DNA of 64,000 bases from an uncultured Holophagales bacterium (GTDB lineage Bacteria; Acidobacteriota; Thermoanaerobaculia; Multivoradales; UBA5704): positions 64,001 to 128,000 of the forward strand of contig CAWJGT010000006.1 of the NCBI GenBank assembly GCA_963842525.1. The letters are read 5' to 3'. The notes under the pieces are model-generated. The model saw nothing but the letters and a program-made list of their open reading frames with translations, searched no databases and was not told the DNA's origin. Position 1 is the first letter of the stretch. Each line of letters opens with the position of its first letter. Made by a program: the position numbers and the translations under genes. This document shows, in pieces, positions 10,323 through 19,754 of the stretch.

Positions 10323-10393
10323 CCCTCACCTCCCTGGCCCCCCTCTCCCGCCACCCCTTCCTCCCGCCCCGGGAGAGGGGATGGGGGTGAGGG
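10323..10393. repeat. REP-like palindrome, family 1 (intergenic)
   Basis: ccctcacctccctggccccctctccc...gggagaggggatgggggtgaggg. Confidence 0.8.
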
Positions 10394-10394
10394 T

Positions 10395-11234
10395 ATGCGT
10401 CCCGTCGAGCTCCGGTTCGGGGACCTGCGCATCGAGGGCGGGTCGCGCGCGGGCGACGAGACCTGGCTCCGGGTCCATCCGCCGGGCCTCGCTTTCGACG
10501 TCGGCCGGGGCGCCCTGCAGCTCGCCGGGGCGCAGGACGTCTTCCTCACCCACGGCCATCTGGACCATGCGCTCGGGATCCCCTATGTCCTCTCGCAGCG
10601 CTCGCTCCACCGCCATGCCCACACCCGCGTCTTCTGTCCGGCCGAGGCGGCCGAGCCGCTGGCGCTCCTGATCTCGGCGGCGGAGCGCATGGAACGGGCG
10701 TGCTACCGCTACGACCTGCTGCCGCTCGCGCCGGGCGACCGGATCGAGGTGGGGCGGGACCTCGCAGTGGAAGCGTTCGCGGTGGACCATGTGGTCCCCA
10801 CCCTGGGCTACCACCTCTGGCGCGGCCGGCGGCGCCTGGCCGCCCCCTATGTCGGCCTCCCCGCGGAGGAGCTGATCGCGCTGCGGCAGCGCGGGGTCGA
10901 CACCGCCGAGCTCGTCGAGAAGATCTGGCTGACCTACTGCGGCGACACCGGGCCGGGGGTCTTCGACCTTGAGCCGCGGATCTTCGACAGCCAGGTGCTG
11001 CTCCTCGAGTGCACCTTCCTGGGTGCAGCCCACCAGGGCAAGGGGGACCTCTACAAGCACCTCCACCTCGAGGACATCGCGGCCCGTGCGGAGCGCTTCC
11101 GCAACCGGGCGCTGGTCTTGCACCACCTGTCCCGCCGGCACCGGGTGGCGGAGCTCCGCGCCGAAGTGGCGCGGCGCCTGCCGGAGCAATTGGCCTCGCG
11201 GGTCCATCTGCTGGTCGAGGAGGAGCCGGTTTGA
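10395..11234 (+). CDS. MBL-fold metallo-hydrolase, RNase Z-like
   Basis: THGHLDH, DHVVPTLGY, YCGDT, LLECTF, HLH, LHHLSRRH motifs. Confidence 0.85.
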   Translation: MRPVELRFGDLRIEGGSRAGDETWLRVHPPGLAFDVGRGALQLAGAQDVFLTHGHLDHALGIPYVLSQRSLHRHAHTRVFCPAEAAEPLALLISAAERMERACYRYDLLPLAPGDRIEVGRDLAVEAFAVDHVVPTLGYHLWRGRRRLAAPYVGLPAEELIALRQRGVDTAELVEKIWLTYCGDTGPGVFDLEPRIFDSQVLLLECTFLGAAHQGKGDLYKHLHLEDIAARAERFRNRALVLHHLSRRHRVAELRAEVARRLPEQLASRVHLLVEEEPV

Positions 11235-12688
11235 GGGGACATCGGGACGGAGGAGGACGGGGACCCGGCCGGCCGCCGGGCAAGGGAGGGCCGGCGCGAG
11301 CCGGGCGGCCGGCTCGGGGGGACTGGAGAGACCAGGCCCCTCACCCCCCTGGCCCCCCTCTCCCATCCGCCCCCCCATCCTTCGGGAGAGGGGGGAAAGA
11401 GGGCCGGCCGAGGAGCGATCGCGGACCGTCTTCGCTCCCCTCTCCCGGTGGTCAGGGAGGGCGGTTGGGAGAGGGGCCGGGGGTGAGGGGGCCCACCACG
11501 CTCCCGGCGGGTGCGCGGCTGGTGGATGTCGACGAGGCGGTGGTGCGGATCGAGAAGCTGGTCGCCGGCGGCGAGGGGCTGGGGCGGATCGAGGGGGTGC
11601 CGGTCTTCGTGGCCCGCTCGGCGCCGGGCGACCTGGCGCGGATTCGCCTGACCGAGCGCCACCCGGACTATGGCCGGGCCGAGATCGTCGAAGTCCTGGA
11701 GCCCGGCCCGGGCCGCCGCCCCGACCCGTTCCCGGAGCTGAGCCTGGCCGGCGCGTGCGACCTCCAGCACCTCGAAGACGATCTCCAGCCGCGCCTCAAG
11801 GCCGCTGCCGTGCGCGAGACCCTGGAGCACCTGGGCGGCATCCAGCTCGCCGACGACGTCGAGCTGATCACCGGCGAGCCCTGGGGCTACCGCCTGCGCA
11901 CCCAGATCCATACCGAGGTCGACCCGGTGACCCGCGGCGTACGGGTGGGCTATTTCGCCCGCGGCACCCATGACCTGATCCCCCTCGACCGCTGTCCGAT
12001 CCTGGTCCCCGAGCTGGAGGCCCTGCTGCGGGACCTGCCGGCCGCCCTGGGCGACAAGCCGCCCCGGCGCCTCGATCTCGCGGCCGGGGACCCGGGCGGC
12101 GGCGTCTCGGTCGCGCCGATCTTCCCCGGCCTGCCGCACGGCGAGCTGACGCTGACCGTGGGCGATTTCACCTACGCGTACGACGCCCGCTCCTTCTTCC
12201 AGGGGCATCGCGGCCTCCTGCCGCGGCTGGTCGATGCGGTCATCGGGCCGTGGGAGGGGGAGGAGGCGTTCGACCTCTACGCCGGAGCCGGGCTCTTCAG
12301 CATGCCGCTGGCGCGCCGGTACCGCCGGGTGGTGGCGGTCGAGTCCGACACGAACGCGGCGCGCTACGCCCGGATCAATGCCCGGCGCAACAAGCTGACC
12401 AACGTGGAGGTCGTGCCGCAGGTGGTCGAGAGCTGGCTGGGCGAGCTGCCGCGCGGGGTGGACCGGGTAGTCGTCGATCCGCCGCGGGCCGGCCTGTCCC
12501 TGCGGGTCCGGCATGCGCTCCTCGACCGCGCTCCGCGGCGCCTGACCTACGTCTCCTGCCATCCCGCCGCCCTCGCCCGGGACCTCCGGCGGCTCAGCGA
12601 CGCCTACGTCCTGGAGAAGGTCGTGCTGGTCGACCTCTTCCCGCAGACGGGGCACATGGAGACGATCGCGCAGTTGGTGCTGCGGTAA
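11231..12688 (+). CDS. TRAM-domain 23S rRNA m5U methyltransferase (RlmD/TrmA family); start may be TTG 11231 or GTG 11522
   Basis: IEKLVAGGEG TRAM domain, SFFQ, DLYAGAGLF, VDPPRAG, YVSCHP, DLFPQTGHME. TTG 11231 overlaps the upstream TGA, has a GAGGAGG RBS and is in frame. Confidence 0.9.
   Translation: MRGHRDGGGRGPGRPPGKGGPARAGRPARGDWRDQAPHPPGPPLPSAPPSFGRGGKEGRPRSDRGPSSLPSPGGQGGRLGEGPGVRGPTTLPAGARLVDVDEAVVRIEKLVAGGEGLGRIEGVPVFVARSAPGDLARIRLTERHPDYGRAEIVEVLEPGPGRRPDPFPELSLAGACDLQHLEDDLQPRLKAAAVRETLEHLGGIQLADDVELITGEPWGYRLRTQIHTEVDPVTRGVRVGYFARGTHDLIPLDRCPILVPELEALLRDLPAALGDKPPRRLDLAAGDPGGGVSVAPIFPGLPHGELTLTVGDFTYAYDARSFFQGHRGLLPRLVDAVIGPWEGEEAFDLYAGAGLFSMPLARRYRRVVAVESDTNAARYARINARRNKLTNVEVVPQVVESWLGELPRGVDRVVVDPPRAGLSLRVRHALLDRAPRRLTYVSCHPAALARDLRRLSDAYVLEKVVLVDLFPQTGHMETIAQLVLR
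11338..11490. repeat. Inverted doublet of family-1 REP, in frame in the 5' extension of the methyltransferase ORF
   Basis: ccctcaccccctggccccctctccc... and ...gggagaggggccgggggtgaggg; translates as PHPPGPPLPS...GEGPGVRG. Confidence 0.8.
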
Positions 12689-12702
12689 CATCCACCCGCC
12701 CC

Positions 12703-14460
12703 ATGCCCCGACGTTACGAAACCCTGGCCGAGCCGGCGGCCCGCCCCCTGCGCCCCGCCTCAGCGTTGCGTACGGCATTGCGCCACGGCTACACGCGCCA
12801 GGACCTGCGCTCCGACCTGCTCGCCGGCGTTGTCGTGGGGATCGTCGCCCTGCCGCTCTCGATGGCGCTCGCCGTGGCCTCGGGGGTGCCGCCCCAGTAC
12901 GGGCTCTATACGGCCATCGTGGCCGGGGCGGTGACCGCCGCTCTGGGAGGCTCGATGGTGCAGGTCTCGGGGCCGACCGCGGCGTTCGTCGTCCTGCTCG
13001 CGCCGATCTCGGCCCGCTTCGGGACCGGCGGCCTGGTCGTGGCCACCCTGATGGCGGGGCTCATCCTGGTGCTCATGGGGGCCGTGCGCCTTGGAGGCCT
13101 GATCCAGTTCGTCCCCTATCCCGTCACGACCGGCTTCACCGCCGGCATCGCGGTAGTCATCGCCACTCTCCAGCTCAAGGACTTCCTGGGCCTCCAGGTC
13201 CTGCGGATGCCCGAGCACTACCTCGAGCGCGTCGTCCAGCTCGCCCGGGCACTGCCGACCGTGCAGTGGGACGACCTGGCGATCGGCGTCCTCACGCTCG
13301 CGATCCTCCTGCTCTGGCCCCGGATCACCCGCAAGGTGCCGGCTCCTCTGGTGGCGCTGACCGTTGCCGCCCTGGCCGCGGCCCTCCTCTCCCGGTGGGT
13401 ATCCGGCTTCGAGGTCGACACCATCCGCAGCCGGTTCCGCTACGAGCTGGGCGGGCAGGTCTTCGCCGGCATTCCGCAGCTCCCGCCGCTGCCGGTCCTC
13501 CCCTGGCGCCTGCCGGGGCCGGACGGCGCCCCCCTCGGCCTGTCCTTCGGCCTGTTGCGCGACCTGGCTCCCTCGGCCTTCGCCATCGCCATGCTGGGGG
13601 CGATCGAGTCGCTGCTTTCCGCCGTGGTGGCCGACGGCATGACCGGTGGCTCGCACGATCCGGACGCCGAGCTGGTGGCCCAGGGAATGGGCAACATCGC
13701 CGCCCCGTTCTTCGGCGGCATCGCGGCGACCGGGGCCCTCGCCCGCACGGCCACCAACGTCCGCTCGGGAGCGCGGTCGCCGCTCGCGGCCATCTTCCAT
13801 GCCCTGTTCGTGCTGCTGGCGGTGCTCGCGCTGGCGCCGGTCCTCGGCTGGCTGCCCATGGCCTCGCTTGCCGCCCTGCTCCTGCTGGTGGCCTGGAACA
13901 TGAGCGAGGCCCGGCACTTCGCTCATGCGCTGCGGGTGGCGCCGAAAAGCGACGTGCTGGTGCTGTTGACCTGCTTCGGCCTGACCGTGGTCTTCGATAT
14001 GGTGGTGTCGGTGACCGTGGGGGTGATGCTCGCGGCCCTCCTCTTCATGCGCCGGATGGCCGAGGTCTCGGGCATGCGGCTGGTGGACCAGCATCCGTTG
14101 CTGACCGGGCTGCCCAAGGACGTGCTGGTTTACGAGGTGGCCGGCCCGCTTTTCTTCGGCGCCGCCCAGAAGGCGATGTCGGCGCTCCAGCGCGTGCCCA
14201 CCGGGGTGAGCGTGGTCCTGCTGGACCTGTCCTCGGTGCCGGCCATGGACGCGACCGGCCTGGTCAGCCTGGAGGCCGCGGTCGAGCGCCTGCAGACCAT
14301 GGGGGTGTTCGTAGTGTTGGCCGGCGTGCAGGGTCAGCCAATGCGGGTGCTGGCCCGGTCGGGCATCCACCGCCGGCGCGACAAGATCGCGGTCTTCCGC
14401 TCCATGGAGCGCGCGGTGGCCGCCGCGAGGGCGCGGTCGCGGGTCGCCTCACCGTCCTGA
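12703..14460 (+). CDS. dauA: SulP-family transporter with STAS domain (C4-dicarboxylate transporter DauA-like)
   Basis: DLLAGVVVGIVALPLSMALA, VSGPTAAF, GAIESLLSAVVADGM, ATGALARTATN, STAS GPLFFG...MDATG. Confidence 0.88.
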   Translation: MPRRYETLAEPAARPLRPASALRTALRHGYTRQDLRSDLLAGVVVGIVALPLSMALAVASGVPPQYGLYTAIVAGAVTAALGGSMVQVSGPTAAFVVLLAPISARFGTGGLVVATLMAGLILVLMGAVRLGGLIQFVPYPVTTGFTAGIAVVIATLQLKDFLGLQVLRMPEHYLERVVQLARALPTVQWDDLAIGVLTLAILLLWPRITRKVPAPLVALTVAALAAALLSRWVSGFEVDTIRSRFRYELGGQVFAGIPQLPPLPVLPWRLPGPDGAPLGLSFGLLRDLAPSAFAIAMLGAIESLLSAVVADGMTGGSHDPDAELVAQGMGNIAAPFFGGIAATGALARTATNVRSGARSPLAAIFHALFVLLAVLALAPVLGWLPMASLAALLLLVAWNMSEARHFAHALRVAPKSDVLVLLTCFGLTVVFDMVVSVTVGVMLAALLFMRRMAEVSGMRLVDQHPLLTGLPKDVLVYEVAGPLFFGAAQKAMSALQRVPTGVSVVLLDLSSVPAMDATGLVSLEAAVERLQTMGVFVVLAGVQGQPMRVLARSGIHRRRDKIAVFRSMERAVAAARARSRVASPS

Positions 14461-14461
14461 T

Positions 14462-14818
14462 CTACGCGGCCTGCCGCCCCTTCTCCAGCGGTCCGTCGAT
14501 CTGGGCCCATTCGGCCATACCGCCGGTCAGCTCGACGATCCGGTGGGCGCCGAGGTGCTGCAAGGCGAGGCTGGCCTCGCGCATGGTCGGGTCTTCGGGC
14601 CGGCCGCTGACGACGAAGAATTCGGTGCGCTCCGTGGTGGGCAGGCCGGCGCCCAGGTCCGCCGCGGTCGCCCGGATCGCCCCCGGGATGTGCCCCCGCT
14701 CGTACTCCTCGCGGGACCGGACGTCGATGACGCGGAACGGGGGGTAGGGAAAACGCAGCCGGCGCCGGAGCTCGGCTGCGTGCGTCTTGAAGATCACTCC
14801 GTCGAAATGCGGGTCCAT
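14462..14818 (-). CDS. Rhodanese-like domain protein (no catalytic Cys evident)
   Basis: VIDVRSREEYERGHIPGA and LTGGMAEW motifs; GAGGAGG RBS before ATG 14818. Confidence 0.8.
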   Translation of the reverse strand: MDPHFDGVIFKTHAAELRRRLRFPYPPFRVIDVRSREEYERGHIPGAIRATAADLGAGLPTTERTEFFVVSGRPEDPTMREASLALQHLGAHRIVELTGGMAEWAQIDGPLEKGRQAA

Positions 14819-14840
14819 GGCCCCCTCCTCGGGGGCCATG

Positions 14841-15050
14841 CTATCCCAACCGCGCGGCGAGCGGCATGGCCGCTGGCGGCGGGCTCTCCAGGGCCTCGAA
14901 CCCCTGCTGCAGAGCCGCAGTCCGCATCGTGTCCTGGCAGACCTGGCACTGGGCCAGCAGGTGGCGCACGACCTCCGCGTTCTCCGGGCGGGTGAGCTCC
15001 GCCCGCAGGAATTTTTCCATCGTTCTCTGCGAGAAATGGACACTCATCAT
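14841..15050 (-). CDS. Stand-alone zf-HC2/ZAS-like zinc-finger microprotein
   Basis: 69 aa with H5...H30-LLAQ-C-QV-C; GAGGAGG RBS; aligns with the N-terminus of the 56569..57909 TPR protein. Confidence 0.7.
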   Translation of the reverse strand: MMSVHFSQRTMEKFLRAELTRPENAEVVRHLLAQCQVCQDTMRTAALQQGFEALESPPPAAMPLAARLG

Positions 15051-15214
15051 GACAACCTCCTCAGGCGGTCCGGGACCACCCCAACGTCATCCCTCATTAA
15101 TAGAGGTTTCAGTAAGACAGAAAAGTGGGACAAGAAAGTCGCAGATGTTTCCAGAATCCACCTTGGCGATGTCTTCGGCGAGGTCTCCGGCCAGGTCTCC
15201 GGTAGACTGGGACC

Positions 15215-16231
15215 ATGACGACGACCACTCCTGCGACCTCATCCGGACCCCTGCCGCTCGCGGACGCGCTGGAGGATCCGCTGGAAGATCCGCTGGAAGA
15301 TCAATACCGGGCCCTGCGCGAGGGGTGCGGCCTCGTGGACCGCTCCCCGGCCGGGCGGCTGGAGCTCCTCGGCGCGGACCGCCAGCGCTTCCTGAACGCG
15401 TATATCTCCTGTGAGGTCAAGGGTCTCGTCCCCGGCGAGGGGGCCTGCGGCTTCTTCACCAGCGCGCAGGGGCGCATCCTCTCGGACGCCGTGGTGCTGG
15501 TCCTTCCCGACCGCCTCTGGGTGGAGTTGGCGCCGGAGCAGGACGGGCCGATCGCGGAGCATCTGCGGAAATACATCCTCGCCGACCGGGTCGAGGTCCG
15601 CGGTCTCGACGACATGCTGCCCATCAGCCTCGTCGGGCCGCGCGCCGCGGAGGCCCTGGGCGCCGTCGAGGGGCTGCCGGACGGGCCATGGCGGCACGCG
15701 CGGGTCAAGGTGCACGGCACCGAGGTCGAGCTGCAGAGGGGAAGCCGGCCGGCCCTCTGGGCCTATACCCTCTGGGTTTCGGCCTCCATTGCTCCGCACC
15801 TGATCGAGGCGCTGCTGGAGCAGGACGGGGTGCGGCCGGTGGGTCAAGAGGCGCTCGAGATCCTGCGGGCGGAGGAGGGCGTCCCCCGCTTCGGCGTCGA
15901 CTTCGGTCCGGACAACTTCCCGCAGGAGACCGGGATCGAGGAGGCGGTGAGCTACACCAAGGGCTGTTACCTGGGCCAGGAGGTCGTGGCGCGCATCCAC
16001 TACCGGGGAGCGGTCCAGAAGGTCCTGCGGAGGCTGGCGTTCGAGGGAGAGGCGCCGGCGCCTGGCGCGGCGCTCCTCCATGACGGGCGGGAGGCCGGCG
16101 TGGCCACAACCGTGGTGCGCTCGATCGCGTCGGGTCGGCCGATCGGCCTGGGCATCCTGCACCGCCGGGCGGCGAAGCCGGGAACGAGGCTGGAGGTGGC
16201 GGGGGGCGGGACGGCCGAAGTGACCGGCTGA
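15215..16231 (+). CDS. ygfZ: Folate-binding Fe-S repair / tRNA-modifying protein YgfZ (GcvT family)
   Basis: Signature KGCYLGQEVVAR; GRLELLGADRQRFL. Confidence 0.9.
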   Translation: MTTTTPATSSGPLPLADALEDPLEDPLEDQYRALREGCGLVDRSPAGRLELLGADRQRFLNAYISCEVKGLVPGEGACGFFTSAQGRILSDAVVLVLPDRLWVELAPEQDGPIAEHLRKYILADRVEVRGLDDMLPISLVGPRAAEALGAVEGLPDGPWRHARVKVHGTEVELQRGSRPALWAYTLWVSASIAPHLIEALLEQDGVRPVGQEALEILRAEEGVPRFGVDFGPDNFPQETGIEEAVSYTKGCYLGQEVVARIHYRGAVQKVLRRLAFEGEAPAPGAALLHDGREAGVATTVVRSIASGRPIGLGILHRRAAKPGTRLEVAGGGTAEVTG

Positions 16232-16249
16232 GCCCTCACCCCCTGAGGG

Positions 16250-16639
16250 TTACACTGCGAACGAGGAGCCGCAGCCGCAGGTGCCGCGGGCCTGGGGGTT
16301 GATGAACTTGAACCCCGCGCCGGCCGAGCCGAGGACGTAATCGATGTTGGTCCCCTCGAGATAGCGCGCGCTCACCGCATCGACGTAGATCGTCAGGCCG
16401 CTCTGCTCGTAGATCCAATCGTTGTCCCGCGCCTCGTTCTCGAAATCGAGCGCGTATTCGAAGCCGCTGCAGCCGCCGCCGCGCACCGCGATGCGCAGCC
16501 CGTGGGCGGGGTCGATCCCCTCCTGCTCGCGGGTGATCCTGACCATGTCGACCGCCTTCGGGGTGAGCGTTACCGGGGTATACGGCTCGTCCCCGAGCGC
16601 CGGCGTGGCGAGATTCTGGACCTGCTCTGTGTTCTCCAT
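16250..16639 (-). CDS. HesB/IscA-family Fe-S cluster assembly accessory protein
   Basis: GGGCSGFEY and TCGCGSSF motifs. Confidence 0.93.
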   Translation of the reverse strand: MENTEQVQNLATPALGDEPYTPVTLTPKAVDMVRITREQEGIDPAHGLRIAVRGGGCSGFEYALDFENEARDNDWIYEQSGLTIYVDAVSARYLEGTNIDYVLGSAGAGFKFINPQARGTCGCGSSFAV

Positions 16640-16731
16640 ACGGCGGTTTCCTCCTCTTACTTCCAAGGTGCTCAACAAGTACGGCGCGGGACGAATTTCA
16701 TCACAAAGGGGGGATGTATGCTCCCTTTGCA

Positions 16732-19665
16732 ATGAAACAACCGGCGTCGGTCCTGGAGCGGGTGTTCGCGATGCAGATCGAGGCGTTCAACCACCTCGTG
16801 ACACGGCAGCTCCAGGTCCTGGCCGCGCGCGGCGCGGTGTCGCTGCCAGCTCCGGCCCTCGCAGAGCAGCCGGCCCCGCCAACCCTGCCGGTCGCCTCCA
16901 ACCCACCGGCCGCTCCCATCCGACCCCTCTACCCTATCAAGATACCGCTCACCGAGGCGCAGCGCGACCTCTATACCGTGACCCAGCTCGGGGAGGAGGC
17001 CTCGCTCGCCTACCTGGAGCCCGGGGTCCTGGAGCTCCGCGGACCGCTCGATACCGGGCTGCTGCGGCGCTCGATCCAGGCGGTCGTCGACCGGCACGAG
17101 GCGCTGCGCTCGGTTGTGCCTCCCCCGGATCTCGACGAGCTCGTCCAGGTGGTCCTCCCGGAGGTCCGGATCGATGTGCCCATGGTCGATGCGTCCGGGT
17201 GCCCTCCGGAGCGGCGCGAGGAGGTCTCGCAGGACTGGCTGATCGCCGAGAGATTGCGGCCCTTCGACCTCGCCGGGGGTCCTCTGTTTCGCGTCTCCCT
17301 GCTGCGCCTGGGCCCGCAGGTGCACCGGCTCGGGGTCTTCGTCCACCACATCGTCGCCGACGGGCTGTCCGTCGTGATCTTGGTCGGCGACCTCCTGGCC
17401 TTCTACGCGGCGGGGCGCGCCGGGTACCCTGCTGAGCTGCCGCCGCCGATGCAGTTCCGGGAGTATGCCGCCTGGCTGGCGGCCGGCGGCGCCGAGTCTC
17501 CCGGCGACGAGGCGTGGTGGCTGGAGCGCTTCACGAAGCCCCTTCCGGTCTTCGAGCCGCCCGTCGACCGGCCGCGTCCGCCGGTGCGCACCTTCCGCGG
17601 CGCCCGCCGGCGCAGGGTCCTGGACCCGGAGGTCCGCGCCGCGCTCCACCAGCTCGGCCGGCGCCAGGGGGCAACCTTATTCATAGCGCTGCTCGCCGCC
17701 TGGACCGCCGTGCTCCACCGCTGGACCGGGCAGGACGACCTGGTCGTCGGCGGTCCCGCGGCCCGGCGACCTCTGGAAGGAGGAGACCGGCTCGTCGGCC
17801 ACTGCGTCGACCTGGTCCCCTACCGCAGCCGCAGTGATGTCAGCAGTGGGGAGACGACCTTCCTCCAGCACCTGGCCGCGGTGCGCTCGTTCGTCCTCGG
17901 CGCGCACGAGCACGGCGGGTATCCGCTCTCCCGCCTGCTGCGCGCATTGCGGCTGCCCCACGATCCGGCCCGTGCGCCGCTGATCAACGCCGTCTTCAAC
18001 TTCGACGTAGCTGGGGCGGTGGTGGCGATCTCGGGCAAGGAGCGCCGGATGCGTCCCCCCTCTCCCGGCGGGGGGCGGAAGGGAGATGGGAGAGGGGGAC
18101 AGGGGTGAGGACTCCGGCCTCGCCTACATCCTCTACACCTCCGGCTCCACCGGCCGGCCCAAGGGGGTGGCGGTGCCGCATCGGGCCATCGCCCGGCTGG
18201 TGCTGGGCACGGACTACGTCCGCCTGGGGCCGGGCGACCGGGTGGCCCACCTGTCGAACACTGCCTTCGACGCGGCGACGTTCGAGGTCTGGGGAGCCCT
18301 GCTGAATGGGGCGGCCCTGGTGGTGATCCCACGCGAGGTGGTGCTCTCTCCGTCTGCGCTGGCCCAGGAGATGCGACGGCAGCGGATCTCCGCGACCTTC
18401 CTGACCGCGTCGCTGTTCAACGAGGTGGTCCGCGAGGCGCCGGAGGCGCTGGCGGAGGTGCGGTGGCTGCTGGTGGGCGGCGAAGCTCTCACGCCGGGCC
18501 GGGTGCGCGAGGCGCTGACCTGGCGGCGGCCGGGAACGCGCCTGCTCAACGGATACGGCCCGACCGAGAGCACTACGTTCGCCGTGTGTCATCGAATCGA
18601 GTCGGTACCGGAGGGGCGGAGCATCCCCATTGGCCGGCCGATCGCCAACACCCGCGCCTATGTGCTGGACCCGTTGCTGCGGCCGGTCCCGGTCGGCACG
18701 CCGGGCGAGCTGTATCTGGGCGGCGACGGCCTGGCGCGCGGCTACCTGCGCCGGCCGGAGCGGGCCAGCTTGGCGAAGACCCGCCGGTGCTGGAGCTGCC
18801 GACCGACCGGCCACGCCCCTCGGTGCAGAGCTTCCGTGGCGCCTTCCAGGGCTTCCGGCTGCCGCCGGAGCCGTCCGCGGCTCTCGTCTCTCTCGGCCGC
18901 CGCCAGGGCGGGACGTTGTTCACCACCCTGCTCGCGGCCTTCCAGATGGTCCTCCACGGCTTCTCGGGCCAGCCGCGGATCAAGATCGGGACGCCGACCG
19001 CCGGCCGCAACCGGGTCGAGATCGAAGGGTTGATCGGGTTTTTCGTCAACACCCTGGTCCTCTGCGGTGACCTCGGGGGAGACCCCACCGTGCGCGAGGT
19101 GCTGGACCGGGTGCGCGAGGTCACCCTCGGCGCCTTCGATCACCAGGACCTGCCGTTCGAGAAACTGGTCGCTGCCCTCCAGACGACCCGCGACGTGAGC
19201 CGGTCGGCGCTCTTCCAGGCGATGTTCGTGCTCCAGAATGCGGGCCAGGAGAGCCTGGACCTGCCCGGCCTCGCCCTGTCGATCCTGCCCGTGAGGGGCG
19301 AGGGCGTCACCCAGTTCGAGCTGGTCCTGAGCGCGACGGAGACCCCCGAGGGGCTCGTGTTCAGCCTGTCGTACAGCACCGTCCTCTTCGACCCTCCGAC
19401 CGTATCGCGGCTCCTGGTGTGCTTCCGGGACCTGCTGATCGACCTGCCGGGCGACCTCGACCGCCCGCTCTCCGCCCTGGCGCCGCTGCGCGAGGCCGCG
19501 CGGCATCAGGTCCTGGCCGAGCGGCCCGGCGCAGCCAGTAGCGGTCCCTCGGTCGCAGAGAGACGCGGCAGACTCTCCGCGCGCCGCGATCAGCTCTCCG
19601 ACGGGCGGCGCGCTCTGCTCCGGAAGTGGCTGCACGGCCCCGCCGAGGAGGGCAGGGAGGGATGA
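16732..19665 (+). pseudogene. Internally deleted NRPS remnant (copy A): helix - C domain - partial A domain - C-terminal half of a second C domain
   Basis: C domain (HHIVADG) to ~18006; jump into an A-domain loop; TGA at 18106-18108 inside a REP; A3-A6 motifs (YTSGSTG, FDAATFE, NGYGPTE, GELYLGGDGLARGY) in the next frame; jump at ~18770 to the late C domain (LELPTDRPRP). A7-A10, PCP and the second HHxxxDG are missing. Confidence 0.85.
18055..18110. repeat. Family-1 REP in the A-domain loop of the NRPS remnant
   Basis: cccccctctcccggcggggggcggaagggagatgggagagggggacaggggtgagg. Confidence 0.75.
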
Positions 19666-19754
19666 AAAGGAACCCTTGCGCGGATTACACCTCTATACGG
19701 AGCCCCGGATATGGGGCTTGATACACTTGTCGATCCCTGAAGGAGCCTGACGCA

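Noticed and set aside
15269-15304. 12-bp tandem repeat (LEDP x3) in the ygfZ N-terminus
   Set aside because: Short slippage duplication in a disordered N-terminus with no further significance evident.
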